A stretch of DNA of 64,000 bases from Nitrosopumilaceae archaeon (GCA_965214835.1 CBDCCK010000002.1:320001-384000); one strand, 5' to 3'. Positions 51,100-61,278 are shown, counted from the stretch's first letter. Notes: a model not told the origin generated them from the sequence alone. Numbers and translations: made by a program.

Positions 51100-51788
51100 G
51101 CAAGCGGCAAAGGCTAGGGCAGCACTTTCTCAACTCACAGTCAATCGCGTCCAAAATCGCAAAGGCAGCCGACATATCTGAAAAGCACACCGTCTTGGAA
51201 ATAGGCACGGGGCGCGGGATACTGACCCAGAGGCTATGCCAAAGCGCAAAAAGTGTAGTATCAATCGAGGCCGACTCCGGGCTGCACAAGGCGGCCCTGT
51301 CCAGGCTATCCATCCCAAACCTTGTACTGGTGCATGGAGACGGATTCAAAACAGACTGCACATTCTCAATCTTTGTCTCCAACCTGCCATACTCCAAAAG
51401 CAGGGCCGCAATAGAGTGGCTGGCCCAAAAAAGGTTCTCACACGCAGTCATCATGGTACAGCAGGAATTTGCAGAAAAGCTGCTGGAGCAGACTAGGGCG
51501 GTTTCCGTGATTGCCAATTATTGCTTTGACATAGAAAGGATAGCCCGGGTTGGAAAAAGCAACTTTAGCCCCGCTCCCAGAGTCGACTCTGTGGTGCTTC
51601 GACTGACCCAAAGACGCACCCTGAACCACGACGTAATAAAGGCAGTAAGCCTGCTGTTCTCGTACAGGCGAAAGACGGTCTCAAACATTTTAAAGAGGTT
51701 TGGGGTGGACAGCAGAATCCAAAAAAGACTCGACGAGTTATCCGGAGATGAGGTAGTCAGGCTTGGCAGGCAAATCAGCAGGCGGTGA
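51096..51788 (+). CDS. rsmA: 16S rRNA dimethyladenosine transferase KsgA/RsmA
   Basis: LGQHFL, EIGTGRG, SNLPY, F.PAPRVDS. Confidence 0.95.
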   Translation: MSKRQRLGQHFLNSQSIASKIAKAADISEKHTVLEIGTGRGILTQRLCQSAKSVVSIEADSGLHKAALSRLSIPNLVLVHGDGFKTDCTFSIFVSNLPYSKSRAAIEWLAQKRFSHAVIMVQQEFAEKLLEQTRAVSVIANYCFDIERIARVGKSNFSPAPRVDSVVLRLTQRRTLNHDVIKAVSLLFSYRRKTVSNILKRFGVDSRIQKRLDELSGDEVVRLGRQISRR

Positions 51789-52299
51789 ATACTCTCCCGC
51801 CGAGGACACGTTCTTTCTGGCAGATCACATAATGGACGAGAGTGGCAGCGCCGCGCTGGACATCGGCTCGGGCTCTGGCTATCTGACCAGGCTGCTGTGC
51901 GAAAGGTTCTCCCTTGTCGTGGGAACCGACGTTGATTTTGGCGTCTTGTCACACCAGACCTACAGGACGCCAAACCTGGTCTGCTGCCACGGCGCCAGCG
52001 CGCTGGCTCGAAAGTTTGATCTAATAGTCTGCAACCCCCCGTACCTGGCAACCGAGGGGGTTGTGGACGTTGCAACTGACGGGGGCAGGGGCGGCCTTGA
52101 GGCGGCCCAGAAGATAATTGACACCGTGCCTGGGTGCCTGGGCAGGTCTGGCAGGTTTCTCTTCGTCACCTCCTCCCTGTCTGACTATGGGGGACTGATC
52201 TCCCACTGCAGCAACCTGGGCATGAAGTCCGGTATAATCGCAAGAAAGAGGCTGTTCTTTGAGGAGCTGATCCTGATTCAGGCCAGGCTACCTTCGTAG
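51763..52299 (+). CDS. HemK2/MTQ2-like protein methyltransferase
   Basis: YSPAEDTF, DIGSGSG, NPPY, FFEEL. Confidence 0.88.
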   Translation: MAGKSAGGEYSPAEDTFFLADHIMDESGSAALDIGSGSGYLTRLLCERFSLVVGTDVDFGVLSHQTYRTPNLVCCHGASALARKFDLIVCNPPYLATEGVVDVATDGGRGGLEAAQKIIDTVPGCLGRSGRFLFVTSSLSDYGGLISHCSNLGMKSGIIARKRLFFEELILIQARLPS

Positions 52300-53319
52300 C
52301 TGCTGCTTTGCGGCATCCAAGATTGCACCAGACATTTGCGTGGTTGATGCGCCGCCCCCGATGTCCCATGTCACGGTTTTTCCCTCGTTGATCACCTGCT
52401 TGGTTGCATCGAATATGGCGTCCCTGATGTGCCCCTCGCCCAAATACTCTGCCATCCATGCGCCAGAGAGCACCGCCGCCGTCGGGTTTACCCTGTTTTG
52501 TCCTGCAAACTGCGGCGCGCTGCCATGCGCCGCTTCGAACATGGCAAAGCCATCTCCCATGTTTGCCGAATAAATCAACCCAATCGAGCCGACCAGCGCG
52601 GATGCCAGCTCCGATATGATGTCCATAAACAGGTTTGTGCTGACCAGGACTGACCCGTTGAACTGGTCTGTTGCGATGACCATCTGCTGTGCCATGTTAT
52701 CGATGTAGATCTCTGACAGCTTGATTCCGGTTCCCTCCACTGCCCTTTGCGCCTCCTCCCAGAATATCCCGTCTGTCTGCTTTAAGATGTTTCTCTTTGT
52801 AATCGCGACCATTTTTTTCATGTTGTGATCATCTGCCCACCTTATTGACGACTCGATTAGGCGTCTGGAGCCCTTTCTTGTGATCTTTCTGATTGCGATT
52901 GCCGCATCCTCCGTAATTCTGGCCTCTACTCCAGTGTAGAGTCCTTCTGTCGCCTCCCTGAAGCAGACACAGTCGAGCCTTCTGTCGGGAGTCAGCCTGT
53001 CGTATGTCTTGCAGGGCCTGATGTTTGCATACAGGTCAAACTTCTGCCGCAGCGTGACTGCAACGCTCCTAGGCGCCCCCGGAGCCGGAATGGTCGTGGT
53101 GGGCCCCTTGAAGCAGGCGTCGGATTCTCCCAAGACCTGCATTGTCTGATCCGGTATGTATGACGCATCCTTTCTGCCGTTTTTGTCCCACTGCTCGGAG
53201 CCTGCCTCGCACACAATGATCTCCGACTGCATGTTGCACTCCCTGAGAATCCTCAGCATGCAGTCGACTATCTCCGGACCAATGCCGTCTCCCCTCATCA
53301 CTGCTACCTTTTTTGCCAT
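52288..53319 (-). CDS. Isocitrate/isopropylmalate dehydrogenase family protein
   Basis: GDGIGPE, LYANIRP, RE.TEGLY, FEAAHGSAP. Confidence 0.9.
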   Translation of the reverse strand: MAKKVAVMRGDGIGPEIVDCMLRILRECNMQSEIIVCEAGSEQWDKNGRKDASYIPDQTMQVLGESDACFKGPTTTIPAPGAPRSVAVTLRQKFDLYANIRPCKTYDRLTPDRRLDCVCFREATEGLYTGVEARITEDAAIAIRKITRKGSRRLIESSIRWADDHNMKKMVAITKRNILKQTDGIFWEEAQRAVEGTGIKLSEIYIDNMAQQMVIATDQFNGSVLVSTNLFMDIISELASALVGSIGLIYSANMGDGFAMFEAAHGSAPQFAGQNRVNPTAAVLSGAWMAEYLGEGHIRDAIFDATKQVINEGKTVTWDIGGGASTTQMSGAILDAAKQQLRR

Positions 53320-53376
53320 TGGCGAAAGCTCGTTTGGAGGTTTATTATTTAATTCTACTTGACATTTCAGCCATGC

Positions 53377-53780
53377 GTAGTGTGCACAGTTGAAAATGGT
53401 CTATTTTCGTAACAGCTCGGGCTCTGGAAGTTGTTCCTGATTTCAGGCACGAATCTGCCCAAGAGGGATCTTCAAGGTAGCAAAACTCACACCTGAGCTT
53501 CCAGAGCCCGAGCTGTTACCTATTTTCTTATCGAAATAGGCAAGATATGTCAAAATTATGTTGCAATTTTTGATGTGTGTACTACGGGAGGCCCAGCCTC
53601 ATCTAGGAGTGGATCCGGCGATTTGACAGGTGTCAGTACGGCCACCCTCTTCTATCCCTTGTCCACGCCACAGGTGCCTGTCCACGGTCCGTAATACACA
53701 CATCAAAAGTTGGAACATAATTTTGACATATCTTGCCTATTTCGATAAGAAAATATCTCATTTTCAACTGTGCGCACTAC
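53377..53780. mobile_element. Non-autonomous foldback element with ~90-bp inverted arms
   Basis: Left arm (53377-53587 minus nested MITE) is the near-perfect reverse complement of 53689-53780. Confidence 0.8.
53409..53519. mobile_element. 111-bp GTAAC-type MITE nested in the foldback arm
   Basis: Perfect 22-bp TIR GTAACAGCTCGGGCTCTGGAAG; exact TSD CTATTTTC. Confidence 0.93.
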
Positions 53781-53789
53781 ACCTCCATG

Positions 53790-55267
53790 GGTTCTGCATC
53801 TGGCTATGTATACGCCATGTCCCCGTGCCCCGTGCCGCCGTTTCCCCCGCCCGAGGAATCCGACAGGTCGCCCTCGAACTCTAGGCGTGCAGACGAGTGC
53901 GTCGTCATAGTCCCCCATGCACGCACGATCACCGGCGGGCGTGCCGACGATCCCGACATCTCCGGCTGACAGCGCGGCGGCCGTCTCCACGTGGCATTCA
54001 TGAACGTCTGACACATAGCCGGCAGGCAGTCGCACCGAGTATATCATTACATCATCCAGCATGGTGTCCTGTGCAGGCACCTTGCCGGTGCTGCTAGCGC
54101 CTATCGCAAGCGGATGATCGTTTGCGACGGATCCGGCAAGCCATGAGCTGAGCCGGCGCAGGTTGTCGACCTGTCCGTCCACGTACGCGTCGAGTCCGCC
54201 CCTGTTCCCGGAGCCATCATAGGTGAACACGACGTGGTGCCAGCGGCCGTCGGCCACGCCGGAGAACGTGTTGACTGTGATCTGGCTTTGCACACCGTCT
54301 TCCATCCGTAATGAAATCCCGCCGTACGGGTTGCCCCATATTGTGATGCCCTGCTGCCTAGCCGCGTCGGCCTTTGAGATGATCGACGAGTCGGGGTTGC
54401 CGGGGCCGGGCATCTTGATCCAGAAGGCCATGCTGAACGGATCGGCTCCGCCAAGATCGATGCCGGATGCGTCGGCAAGCGTGATATATGCGATGCCGTC
54501 AAGGTGGAGGGCTCTGCCGGCGGGGCCGTACGCAGGCAGGGACGTCCACCAGGGCGGGTTCCATTCCGTCACATCCACGCTCCGGTCAGCATGCGTGAGG
54601 AGCAGCGACGGTATCATCGTGCCCGGTTTTGAGGGGCTCTCAAACTCGGCCACCTTGCTGCCACTGTTATATATCTCAGCATGCCGCTTCTTCTGATCCG
54701 TTTCCGGAGACGCCGTCACAACGTTGCCGCCGCCGTAATGAGCCTCCAGCGAGTACAGGTTCGGTTCGATTGCACTGGCAAATTCTATTGTTACGATCTT
54801 TTTGGTTTTTTCTGGGTTTGAGTTGTAAATGGAATCACTTATCGTGCCAGAATCGGTCAGATTGTAGACACTTGATACCCACGATTCATGAATGTGCCGC
54901 ATGATTATTTGCGCGTCAGAATCCGCATAGTTTTGTAGCGTAAAAGACACCGCCTGAGTACGCAGATGGAGTCCCAGTGTACAAGCGCGGCCGACGCGGA
55001 CACTCCAAGTGCTGCGACCACAAGCACGGCCGCCAGCAGTAGCGTGTTGTATTGCCCCCTCGGGCCACGCTTTCCCGCCGACGCCCTTTCGATTCCGCCG
55101 CCGATCAGTACGGCAGCAGCAATGCACATCGGGATCCACAGCATTCCCAGATGAAACCACGATACCCATCCGATTGATCCGAAGAACAGCAGGACGGGCA
55201 CGGTCCACAATATCAGAAACCTATTGCACATGACAACTGCAGAGACGAGTCCCAATAGGCTCGGCAA
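53790..55267 (-). pseudogene. Membrane-anchored LamG (concanavalin A-like) domain protein, frameshifted
   Basis: TM segments (54905-55267 frame), LamG core FSMAFWIK...WHHVVFTYDG...YVDG...LDDVMIY (53703-55208 frame), LEFEGDLSDSSG (53804-54016 frame). Confidence 0.7.
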
Positions 55268-55501
55268 TGATCAAAACCACATCCGGGGGTTCGAAACCTA
55301 CCAACTGCCGGCATACGTAACTTGCCCGGGAGTAAGCTTGCCAATTCTGACATTTATTGTCTTGAGGGCATTCCCTCTGCTACGGATCCGGGGGCAGAAC
55401 GTCATGGCAATACTGGCATTCAAGGAGAATGTGATGATTTATCTCAACCCAAGGCCCCATCTAGCGTTCGATCCGGGACACATTTCACTTAGATGGACTG
55501 C

Positions 55502-55579
55502 AGCCTGTTGTACAGCCATACCTGAACGCGCAAAAACAGCCAATCTCTTGTGCCTAAAACCAGGATTGCGCAACAGGCT
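55502..55579. mobile_element. ~78-bp MITE (AGCCTGTTG family)
   Basis: Ends AGCCTGTTGTACA / TGCGCAACAGGCT; homologous to 964-1043. Confidence 0.7.
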
Positions 55580-55699
55580 ACATGGACACAGACCGTGCAT
55601 CGGCTCGATGCAACACCACCGGGAAGCGGCAGGTCTGGAACTGGCAGGATTTCTTATCAGGCTGCTATTCAATTATAACCAAAGAATCAGGTTCCATTA

Positions 55700-56020
55700 G
55701 TGTTGGGCGAAAAGGGAAAATACGCGACGGCTACAGAAAACAGGAGGTTTGTGTGGGGCGAGATCGTGTGGCCGCTGATTCTGGAGATCAACGACGTGGC
55801 ATTTACATTAAAGCAGTATCAAAGCAAGCGGGATCAGGTATGTGCCAAAAAAGACGCCAGCATAACCACCACATCAAGGGGCCTTGCATCACTGCTGCAG
55901 AAGGGAATCCTGAGAAAGGAGGGCGAGATCTACTCGATCCACTACAGGCTGATCCCGTACATGAGGCTCAGGGCCGCCTGTGACTATGCAACTGCGATTC
56001 ACGAGGTCAGGATCAAATGA
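55700..56020 (+). CDS. Hypothetical wHTH-like protein
   Basis: SRGLASLLQKGIL...YSIH; upstream TATA (TTATAA). Confidence 0.7.
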   Translation: MLGEKGKYATATENRRFVWGEIVWPLILEINDVAFTLKQYQSKRDQVCAKKDASITTTSRGLASLLQKGILRKEGEIYSIHYRLIPYMRLRAACDYATAIHEVRIK

Positions 56021-56065
56021 GTCTCACCAAATGATTATATGCCAAGTGCTGGGAGTTGCTGCAGT

Positions 56066-56168
56066 AGCCCGATAGTCTAGCGGTCAAATGGTTTCAGGCC
56101 AAGGATCTCGCGCTCTGGATCTCAGGAGAGGATACGCGGGGACGGCAGTTCGAATCTGCCTCGGGCTA
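56066..56168 (+). tRNA. tRNA-Gln(CUG) with two introns (D-loop and 37/38)
   Basis: Acceptor AGCCCGA/TCGGGCT, T-arm GGCAG-TTCGAAT-CTGCC, anticodon stem TCGCG/CGCGG with CTG at 56115-56117; ~15-nt inserts at ~56087-56101 and 56119-56133. Confidence 0.88.
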
Positions 56169-56179
56169 CTTTGAAAATT

Positions 56180-56779
56180 CTACCTGGATGCCTGCGCGAT
56201 TCTTTCCAGTTCGTTTTTTTTCTTGACAGAGTGGGATGCGGGATCGTTGGATGCTGCCAGGACAAGCTGCTCGGCCAGGTGCTCCTCCATTGCCTTGGGG
56301 TTCGAGAAGGTCGCCTCCTTTACGCCGTCTGCGATGAACCTCAGCGCCAGATCCACGCGCCTGATTGGCGCAACGTCGACTGATACGTGGTAGACGGTCC
56401 CGCCGTAGACGATTCTCGTGGTGTCCTCGTTGGGCGCCGAGTTCTCGATTGCACGAACCAGTACCTCGACGGGGTTTTTTCCCGTCCTGAGGTTGATTAT
56501 GTCAAAGGCCGCCTTTACGGTATTGTACACGTTGGTTTTCTTGCCTGCCATCCTGCCGGTGTTTTTTGCATAGCGCTTGCCAAAGTGCATCAGCTTGTTG
56601 CCTAGCCTTTCGACCACGTTGACATCTGCCTTGTTGAACCGCTTTAGCGCAGAGCGCCCAAAAGTCAGGGGCAGGATCATCTTTCTAAGGGAGATGGCAG
56701 TCTTGAGCCCGGGATCCCTGATCTCAATGCCAGAAAGATCCCACTTTCTAAACAACAGGAGGTTTTGTGTCTTTGCCAT
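56180..56779 (-). CDS. rps7: 30S ribosomal protein S7
   Basis: NPVEVLVRAIEN..P.EDTTRI.YGG, VDVAP.RRVDLAL. Confidence 0.96.
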   Translation of the reverse strand: MAKTQNLLLFRKWDLSGIEIRDPGLKTAISLRKMILPLTFGRSALKRFNKADVNVVERLGNKLMHFGKRYAKNTGRMAGKKTNVYNTVKAAFDIINLRTGKNPVEVLVRAIENSAPNEDTTRIVYGGTVYHVSVDVAPIRRVDLALRFIADGVKEATFSNPKAMEEHLAEQLVLAASNDPASHSVKKKNELERIAQASR

Positions 56780-56783
56780 GTCC

Positions 56784-57221
56784 CTATCTCCTCGGCTTTT
56801 CCTTCTTTCCGATGACAAGCTCGTGCAGTGACGTCCCGTTTACCTTGAATACCTTGAATCTGACGCCGGGAATGTCCCCCATCGCACCACCCTGCGTCGC
56901 GCCCATTCCCTCGACATGAACCTCGTCGTGCTCGTCGATAAAGTTCATCGCGCCGTCCCGGGGCAGGAACGCAGTTACGGCCTTGCCGTTTTTGATCAGC
57001 TGAACCCTGACGCACTTTCTGACTGCGGAGTTTGGCTGCTTTGCGGCAATACCCACCTTTTCCAGGACGATTCCCCTTGCCTGCGGGGCGCCGCCCAGCG
57101 GGTCTGCCTTTTTGTCAATGCCCAGCTCCCTTCTTTTGTAAGTCGAGATTGCCCAGCGCTGCTCCTTTCGCTTTGTCTTTAGGACCCTGCCTGCAAATAA
57201 TCCCAGAGGCGACTTTGTCAT
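56784..57221 (-). CDS. rps12: 30S ribosomal protein S12
   Basis: [25 protein letters not shown]. Confidence 0.97.
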   Translation of the reverse strand: MTKSPLGLFAGRVLKTKRKEQRWAISTYKRRELGIDKKADPLGGAPQARGIVLEKVGIAAKQPNSAVRKCVRVQLIKNGKAVTAFLPRDGAMNFIDEHDEVHVEGMGATQGGAMGDIPGVRFKVFKVNGTSLHELVIGKKEKPRR

Positions 57222-57223
57222 GT

Positions 57224-57688
57224 CTACATCTCCAGTGCGGCCCTCTCGGGGCCATTTATCAGGACGCTGGTAATGTCAAAGTATCTCCTGGCCAGGAGCC
57301 TTGCCTTTTCGGCGTTTCGCCCCTCGCGCCCGACGACGATGCCCTTCTTTCCCGGGTCGACTACCACTATGGCCTGAGTCGTCCCGTCTGCGCGCTTGTT
57401 TATCTTTACCTCAGAGATCATTTTTCCGTTAAGCATGTTCTTCAAAAAGACTGCAGGATCAGCGTCGTACTCGACCAGCTCCACGCTCTTCTTTACGATA
57501 TTTTGGAGTGACTTTATGTGGGATCCGCCCTTGCCGATTGCCAGTCCCATCTTGCCGTTATTGACTACAAAGATTACCCTGTTTTGCTTTTCATCCTCGA
57601 CGCAGTCACGTGCCGTTGCGCCGGTTACATTTTGAAAAAGCGACATTAATCGCATCTGATCAGTTGTAAGTTTGATTGCCTGTGTCAT
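57224..57688 (-). CDS. nusA: NusA-like KH-domain protein
   Basis: AIGKGG and VGREG KH motifs; position between L30e and S12. Confidence 0.93.
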   Translation of the reverse strand: MTQAIKLTTDQMRLMSLFQNVTGATARDCVEDEKQNRVIFVVNNGKMGLAIGKGGSHIKSLQNIVKKSVELVEYDADPAVFLKNMLNGKMISEVKINKRADGTTQAIVVVDPGKKGIVVGREGRNAEKARLLARRYFDITSVLINGPERAALEM

Positions 57689-57755
57689 AATTATTCCTTT
57701 TTTACTCCGACAGGCTCTGTCTCATTTAAACCTTGATTAAAACCGTGTAACCTCA

Positions 57756-58067
57756 TTATGCTGCTTCAGACTCTTTGATGATTGATGTTATGTTTGCCTC
57801 GGCCAATGAATTAAAGGAGACCGTTGATATTCTAAACTGCAGTCCGCACAGCTTTCCTAGTGCGACCGAGGTTCCCTCAAATTTTACTGTCGGTACCTTT
57901 TGCTTCTCTGCGGCCGCGGTGATTCTTTGCAAGGCCGCGTTGGTTAGTGACTGGGACACTATGACCAGCTTTGAGCTTTCAATTCCGCCTAAAACCTGCT
58001 TTGCACCAAACGTACACTTTTCCTCTTTAATGCCGTCCTTTAGTGCCTTTTCTAATATCTTGCCCAT
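57756..58067 (-). CDS. rpl30e: 50S ribosomal protein L30e
   Basis: GAKQV, GTSVALGKLCGLQFRIS. Confidence 0.9.
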   Translation of the reverse strand: MGKILEKALKDGIKEEKCTFGAKQVLGGIESSKLVIVSQSLTNAALQRITAAAEKQKVPTVKFEGTSVALGKLCGLQFRISTVSFNSLAEANITSIIKESEAA

Positions 58068-58126
58068 TGCGTTCTCGTAATGTCGATCCTTTAGGAGACC
58101 TTTATAGGTCTATTGAAAGAGCCGGT

Positions 58127-58318
58127 GTAGGAGTTTACCTCCTCCCAAAGACGCGATGCAGGTGGGCACGGTCATGAAAGACCCTGATCAACGGTAACGC
58201 CCAAGGGGTAGACTTGCGCGCTGGTGTAAGATTACCCCCTCCCCCCAAGCGACACTGCCAGCCGAGGCCGTCATGATCACACCTGCCACGTCGTATCTCA
58301 GAAGGGGCAAACTCTTAC
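58127..58318. mobile_element. Two adjacent GTAAGAG-family MITEs (58127-58217, 58226-58318)
   Basis: TIRs GTAGGAGTTTACC.../...GGGGCAAACTCTTAC; second copy is the reverse complement of 18088-18175. Confidence 0.8.
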
Positions 58319-58991
58319 GACTGCCCGTCCGGTTCTGTGTAAGATTGGTGACCTAGAATGCGGATATTCTCTGAATTGAGATTTTATTTTATGCCTAGAC
58401 AGAATACTTGCTTAGCGAGGCATTCTGGATGATGGTCTTCCACTTGTTGATGCCGTCCACGACAATCAAGGATGCCTCCGCAGGCGTCTTTCCCTCCAGG
58501 CTTCCGTGCTTTTTGGTGTAATTGTAGTAGACCCTCATTCCGTCAAGTATGGCCGTATCCATCTTCTTGAGGCCCCTGAACACCTTCTCGCGGTCTCTGA
58601 TCTCGCCGTTGAGCCTCTCCATCCTGTTGTTGTTGTCCCGGTCTCTTTTTCCTGCCAGGTGGATATGTCTTACGTGATTCGTACCCTTTCCGAATACCCT
58701 CCTTGAGGACTTGGCATATGCCGGCAGGCCGTCCGTGATGAAGTTTCTGGGGCTTTTTCCGGCATGTGATTTTGTCAGTTGTAATAGACTGTCCGCATTG
58801 TGCTGGAACTTGTTGTCTGCCAGGTCGGAGGCCAGCCAGTAGCGCGTATCGTCATCCATCGAGGCGAATAGATAGCACTGCCTGCCGCTGATTTTCACCC
58901 ATACCTCGTCGGCCCGGAACCAGCTGCCGACCCGTGGAACGATTCCGTTGAGGTATGTCGATGTCATCCTGGAATAGTCTCTAACCCAGTT

Positions 58992-60709
58992 AGACCTTAT
59001 GCGTAAACGAAATTAGCGGCGATGCCCCCGGCGCACGGGCTACAAATGAGGCAAGTCAGGGCCGGCGCACGCGCGACTGTACCTTACAACGTTGAAAATA
59101 TTTGATCAAAACCACAACTATTTTCAGACGATTGATTTAGATCCGGGATCCATTCTCGCATAAGAGTAATGGCAAAGTCCGAGACCGAGCAGATACGACT
59201 GCTGAAGAAGAGAATCGAGCAGTACGAGAAGGAGAAGGTACAGGACAGGAAGGAGAAGGCGCGGGACAAAAAGAAGATCAAGAAGTATGAGAAGAGGATC
59301 AAGAGGCACGAGAAGAAGAGCAGGCAGGACAGGAAGGAGAAGGCGCGGGACAGGACGGAGAGGATGCAGTACAGGAAGGAGATCAGAGAGTACGAGAAGA
59401 AGAGCAGGCAGGACGGCAGGAGGCAGGAGCGGGATCAGGAGAGGATAGGGCAGCTGGAACAGCAGCTGGACGCCGAGCGCCGGATGTGGCCCGCAACCTG
59501 GGATGACGACAGGCGCTCCGCGGACAACGCCGCCCTCATGCACAGGCTCGAGGTGCTCGATGACATAATCGGTGGCGGGTCCCTGCAGCCCACCACGTCG
59601 ATGAACCTCCGCCAGTTTGACTACATATATGACCGGTTTACGAAGCTTGCCAAAAAGCACACAGAAGGCCCCCTGTTCTCAGAAGACGAGGACAACTTGC
59701 CCGGAAACCGGTGCAAGCTGTCCTACCGCCACGCCCTGCTGATGTCGCTGATGCGCAAGTACGGAAACCCGACACAGGAGCAGCTTGCGGCATTCTTTGG
59801 CATAGACCAGAGCACCGTATGCAGGTACCTCAGGTATTGCGACATGATATTCACCAAGATACTGCCCACGCCGGACGCCGTATCGCGAAAGATACAAAAC
59901 GCCCGCACGATCAAGGAAGTCAAGAAGATCGTCCCGGATCTGACCGTGATTGTAGACGGCACGCACATCGACATACAGCGCCCCACAGACAAGGAGCCAA
60001 GAAAGGAGGCATACTCTGGCAAGAAGAAGAGCTTTACGCGCAACACCCAGGTGATTGCCGACAAGAAGGGACTGGCGATGTATGCAAGCAAGTCGGCGCC
60101 CGGAAGCACGCACGACCTCACCATGATAAAGAACAACCCACCGGATCTGGGAATCCTGACTGCCAGGATGCGCAGCAACAGAAAGCACCCCGAGGACGAG
60201 AAGGTAAAGATGTTCTCTGATCTGGGATACATGGGAATCGAGGAGGTGTATCCCGGGGCCACATCCGTGCAGCCCGACAAGAAGCCAAGGAAAGGCAAGC
60301 TTACAAAGAAACAGAAAGCGCAGAACAGGAGGATAAGCAGCAAGAGGGTGACAGTAGAGCACGCCATAGGACGGATAAAGCAGTACAAGCGGATGCGTGA
60401 TCCGTACGACGGGACCGCCGAGGAGTTCGACAGGGAGTTCCAGGTGACGGCCGGGCTTGCCAACTTTAGGCTGCTGTGGGACAAGCGGAACAAGAAGCTC
60501 ATGCATGGGTTCTGATACCACGATACGGAGCGCATTGCGGCGCCACACGATGCCGCACTATACTGTAGTTTTTACCAGCTGTAATGGCTCGTAGCTGCAC
60601 TATATACGGACTCTGCCGCCCTCATACACGTCATGTGATGCCGTCAGCCTTGCATGTATGGCCGGCCACCGTCGGAATATTTCGATCCGGTCGATTACGC
60701 ATAAGGTCT
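58992..60709 (+). mobile_element. IS5-superfamily (ISL2/DDE_Tnp_4-type) insertion sequence, intact
   Basis: 19-bp TIRs AGACCTTATGCGTAA(A/T)CGA; 3-bp TSD GTT. Confidence 0.93.
59169..60515 (+). CDS. IS5/ISL2-type transposase with charged coiled-coil N-terminus
   Basis: HTH LAAFFGIDQSTVCR, VDGT, YSGKKK, GSTHD, DLGY, RVTVEHAIGRIK. Confidence 0.92.
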   Translation: MAKSETEQIRLLKKRIEQYEKEKVQDRKEKARDKKKIKKYEKRIKRHEKKSRQDRKEKARDRTERMQYRKEIREYEKKSRQDGRRQERDQERIGQLEQQLDAERRMWPATWDDDRRSADNAALMHRLEVLDDIIGGGSLQPTTSMNLRQFDYIYDRFTKLAKKHTEGPLFSEDEDNLPGNRCKLSYRHALLMSLMRKYGNPTQEQLAAFFGIDQSTVCRYLRYCDMIFTKILPTPDAVSRKIQNARTIKEVKKIVPDLTVIVDGTHIDIQRPTDKEPRKEAYSGKKKSFTRNTQVIADKKGLAMYASKSAPGSTHDLTMIKNNPPDLGILTARMRSNRKHPEDEKVKMFSDLGYMGIEEVYPGATSVQPDKKPRKGKLTKKQKAQNRRISSKRVTVEHAIGRIKQYKRMRDPYDGTAEEFDREFQVTAGLANFRLLWDKRNKKLMHGF

Positions 60710-61278
60710 GTTGTATACCGTCTTGTGGCTTACACTGATTCCAAGCATCTCGTAATGGTTGGAGATGTCACGGACGCTCATCCCCGTATAATACATCTGC
60801 AACGCGCCCGTTATGATGGATTCGTCAAACCTCCTGTTTTCGAATCCAAAGTTTGCAGTAAACCTTCTCTTACAGTCTTTACACTTGAACATCTGCATTG
60901 TAGAGCTTTTGTTCTTCTTTAATCCCTTCCTGACGATGTTGCCAGAATCGCAGAACTTGCACAGGTTCAGCCTTGACCTTTCAATGATTCTAAACCCGTC
61001 GTGTCCGAACACGTTTCTTCTGACATACTCCAGTATTACCTTGATGTGCTTGCAGTCCGATTTTCTGCTCCGGTGGTCCGGACACTCACAGACAAGCCCG
61101 CTGCCCGTCCTAGATACGGTATAGAACTTGGATGGATCTGACTGGGATCTGACCCTGAAATCATTCGTACCAATGATCTGGGTGGCGTGACCCGGAGTCT
61201 CCATGATCTGTTTTGCACGTCGGTCTCTTGCGTTCATTCACATCCCTCCTCGAAAATTAATATAGAACAAAAAAGAAG

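Larger units (their letters stand above)
58395..61237 (-). pseudogene. IS6-family DDE transposase with N-terminal SWIM and Zn-ribbon, interrupted by an IS5-type IS
   Basis: CECPDH...CKH (SWIM), CKFC...CKDC, ADEVWVK, ITDGLPAY, NNRMER; excising the IS plus one GTT restores ...TVYN-WVRDYSRMTS (373 aa). Confidence 0.88.

Noticed and set aside
53377-53780. Casposon end
   Set aside because: Long inverted repeats are present, but there is no Cas1-like or PolB gene and no clear TSD.
59679-60548. Long antisense ORFs over the IS5 transposase (and similar ones over uppS/DUF373, the TFEbeta repeats and the blue-copper gene)
   Set aside because: Shadow ORFs of real genes on the opposite strand with no motifs of their own.
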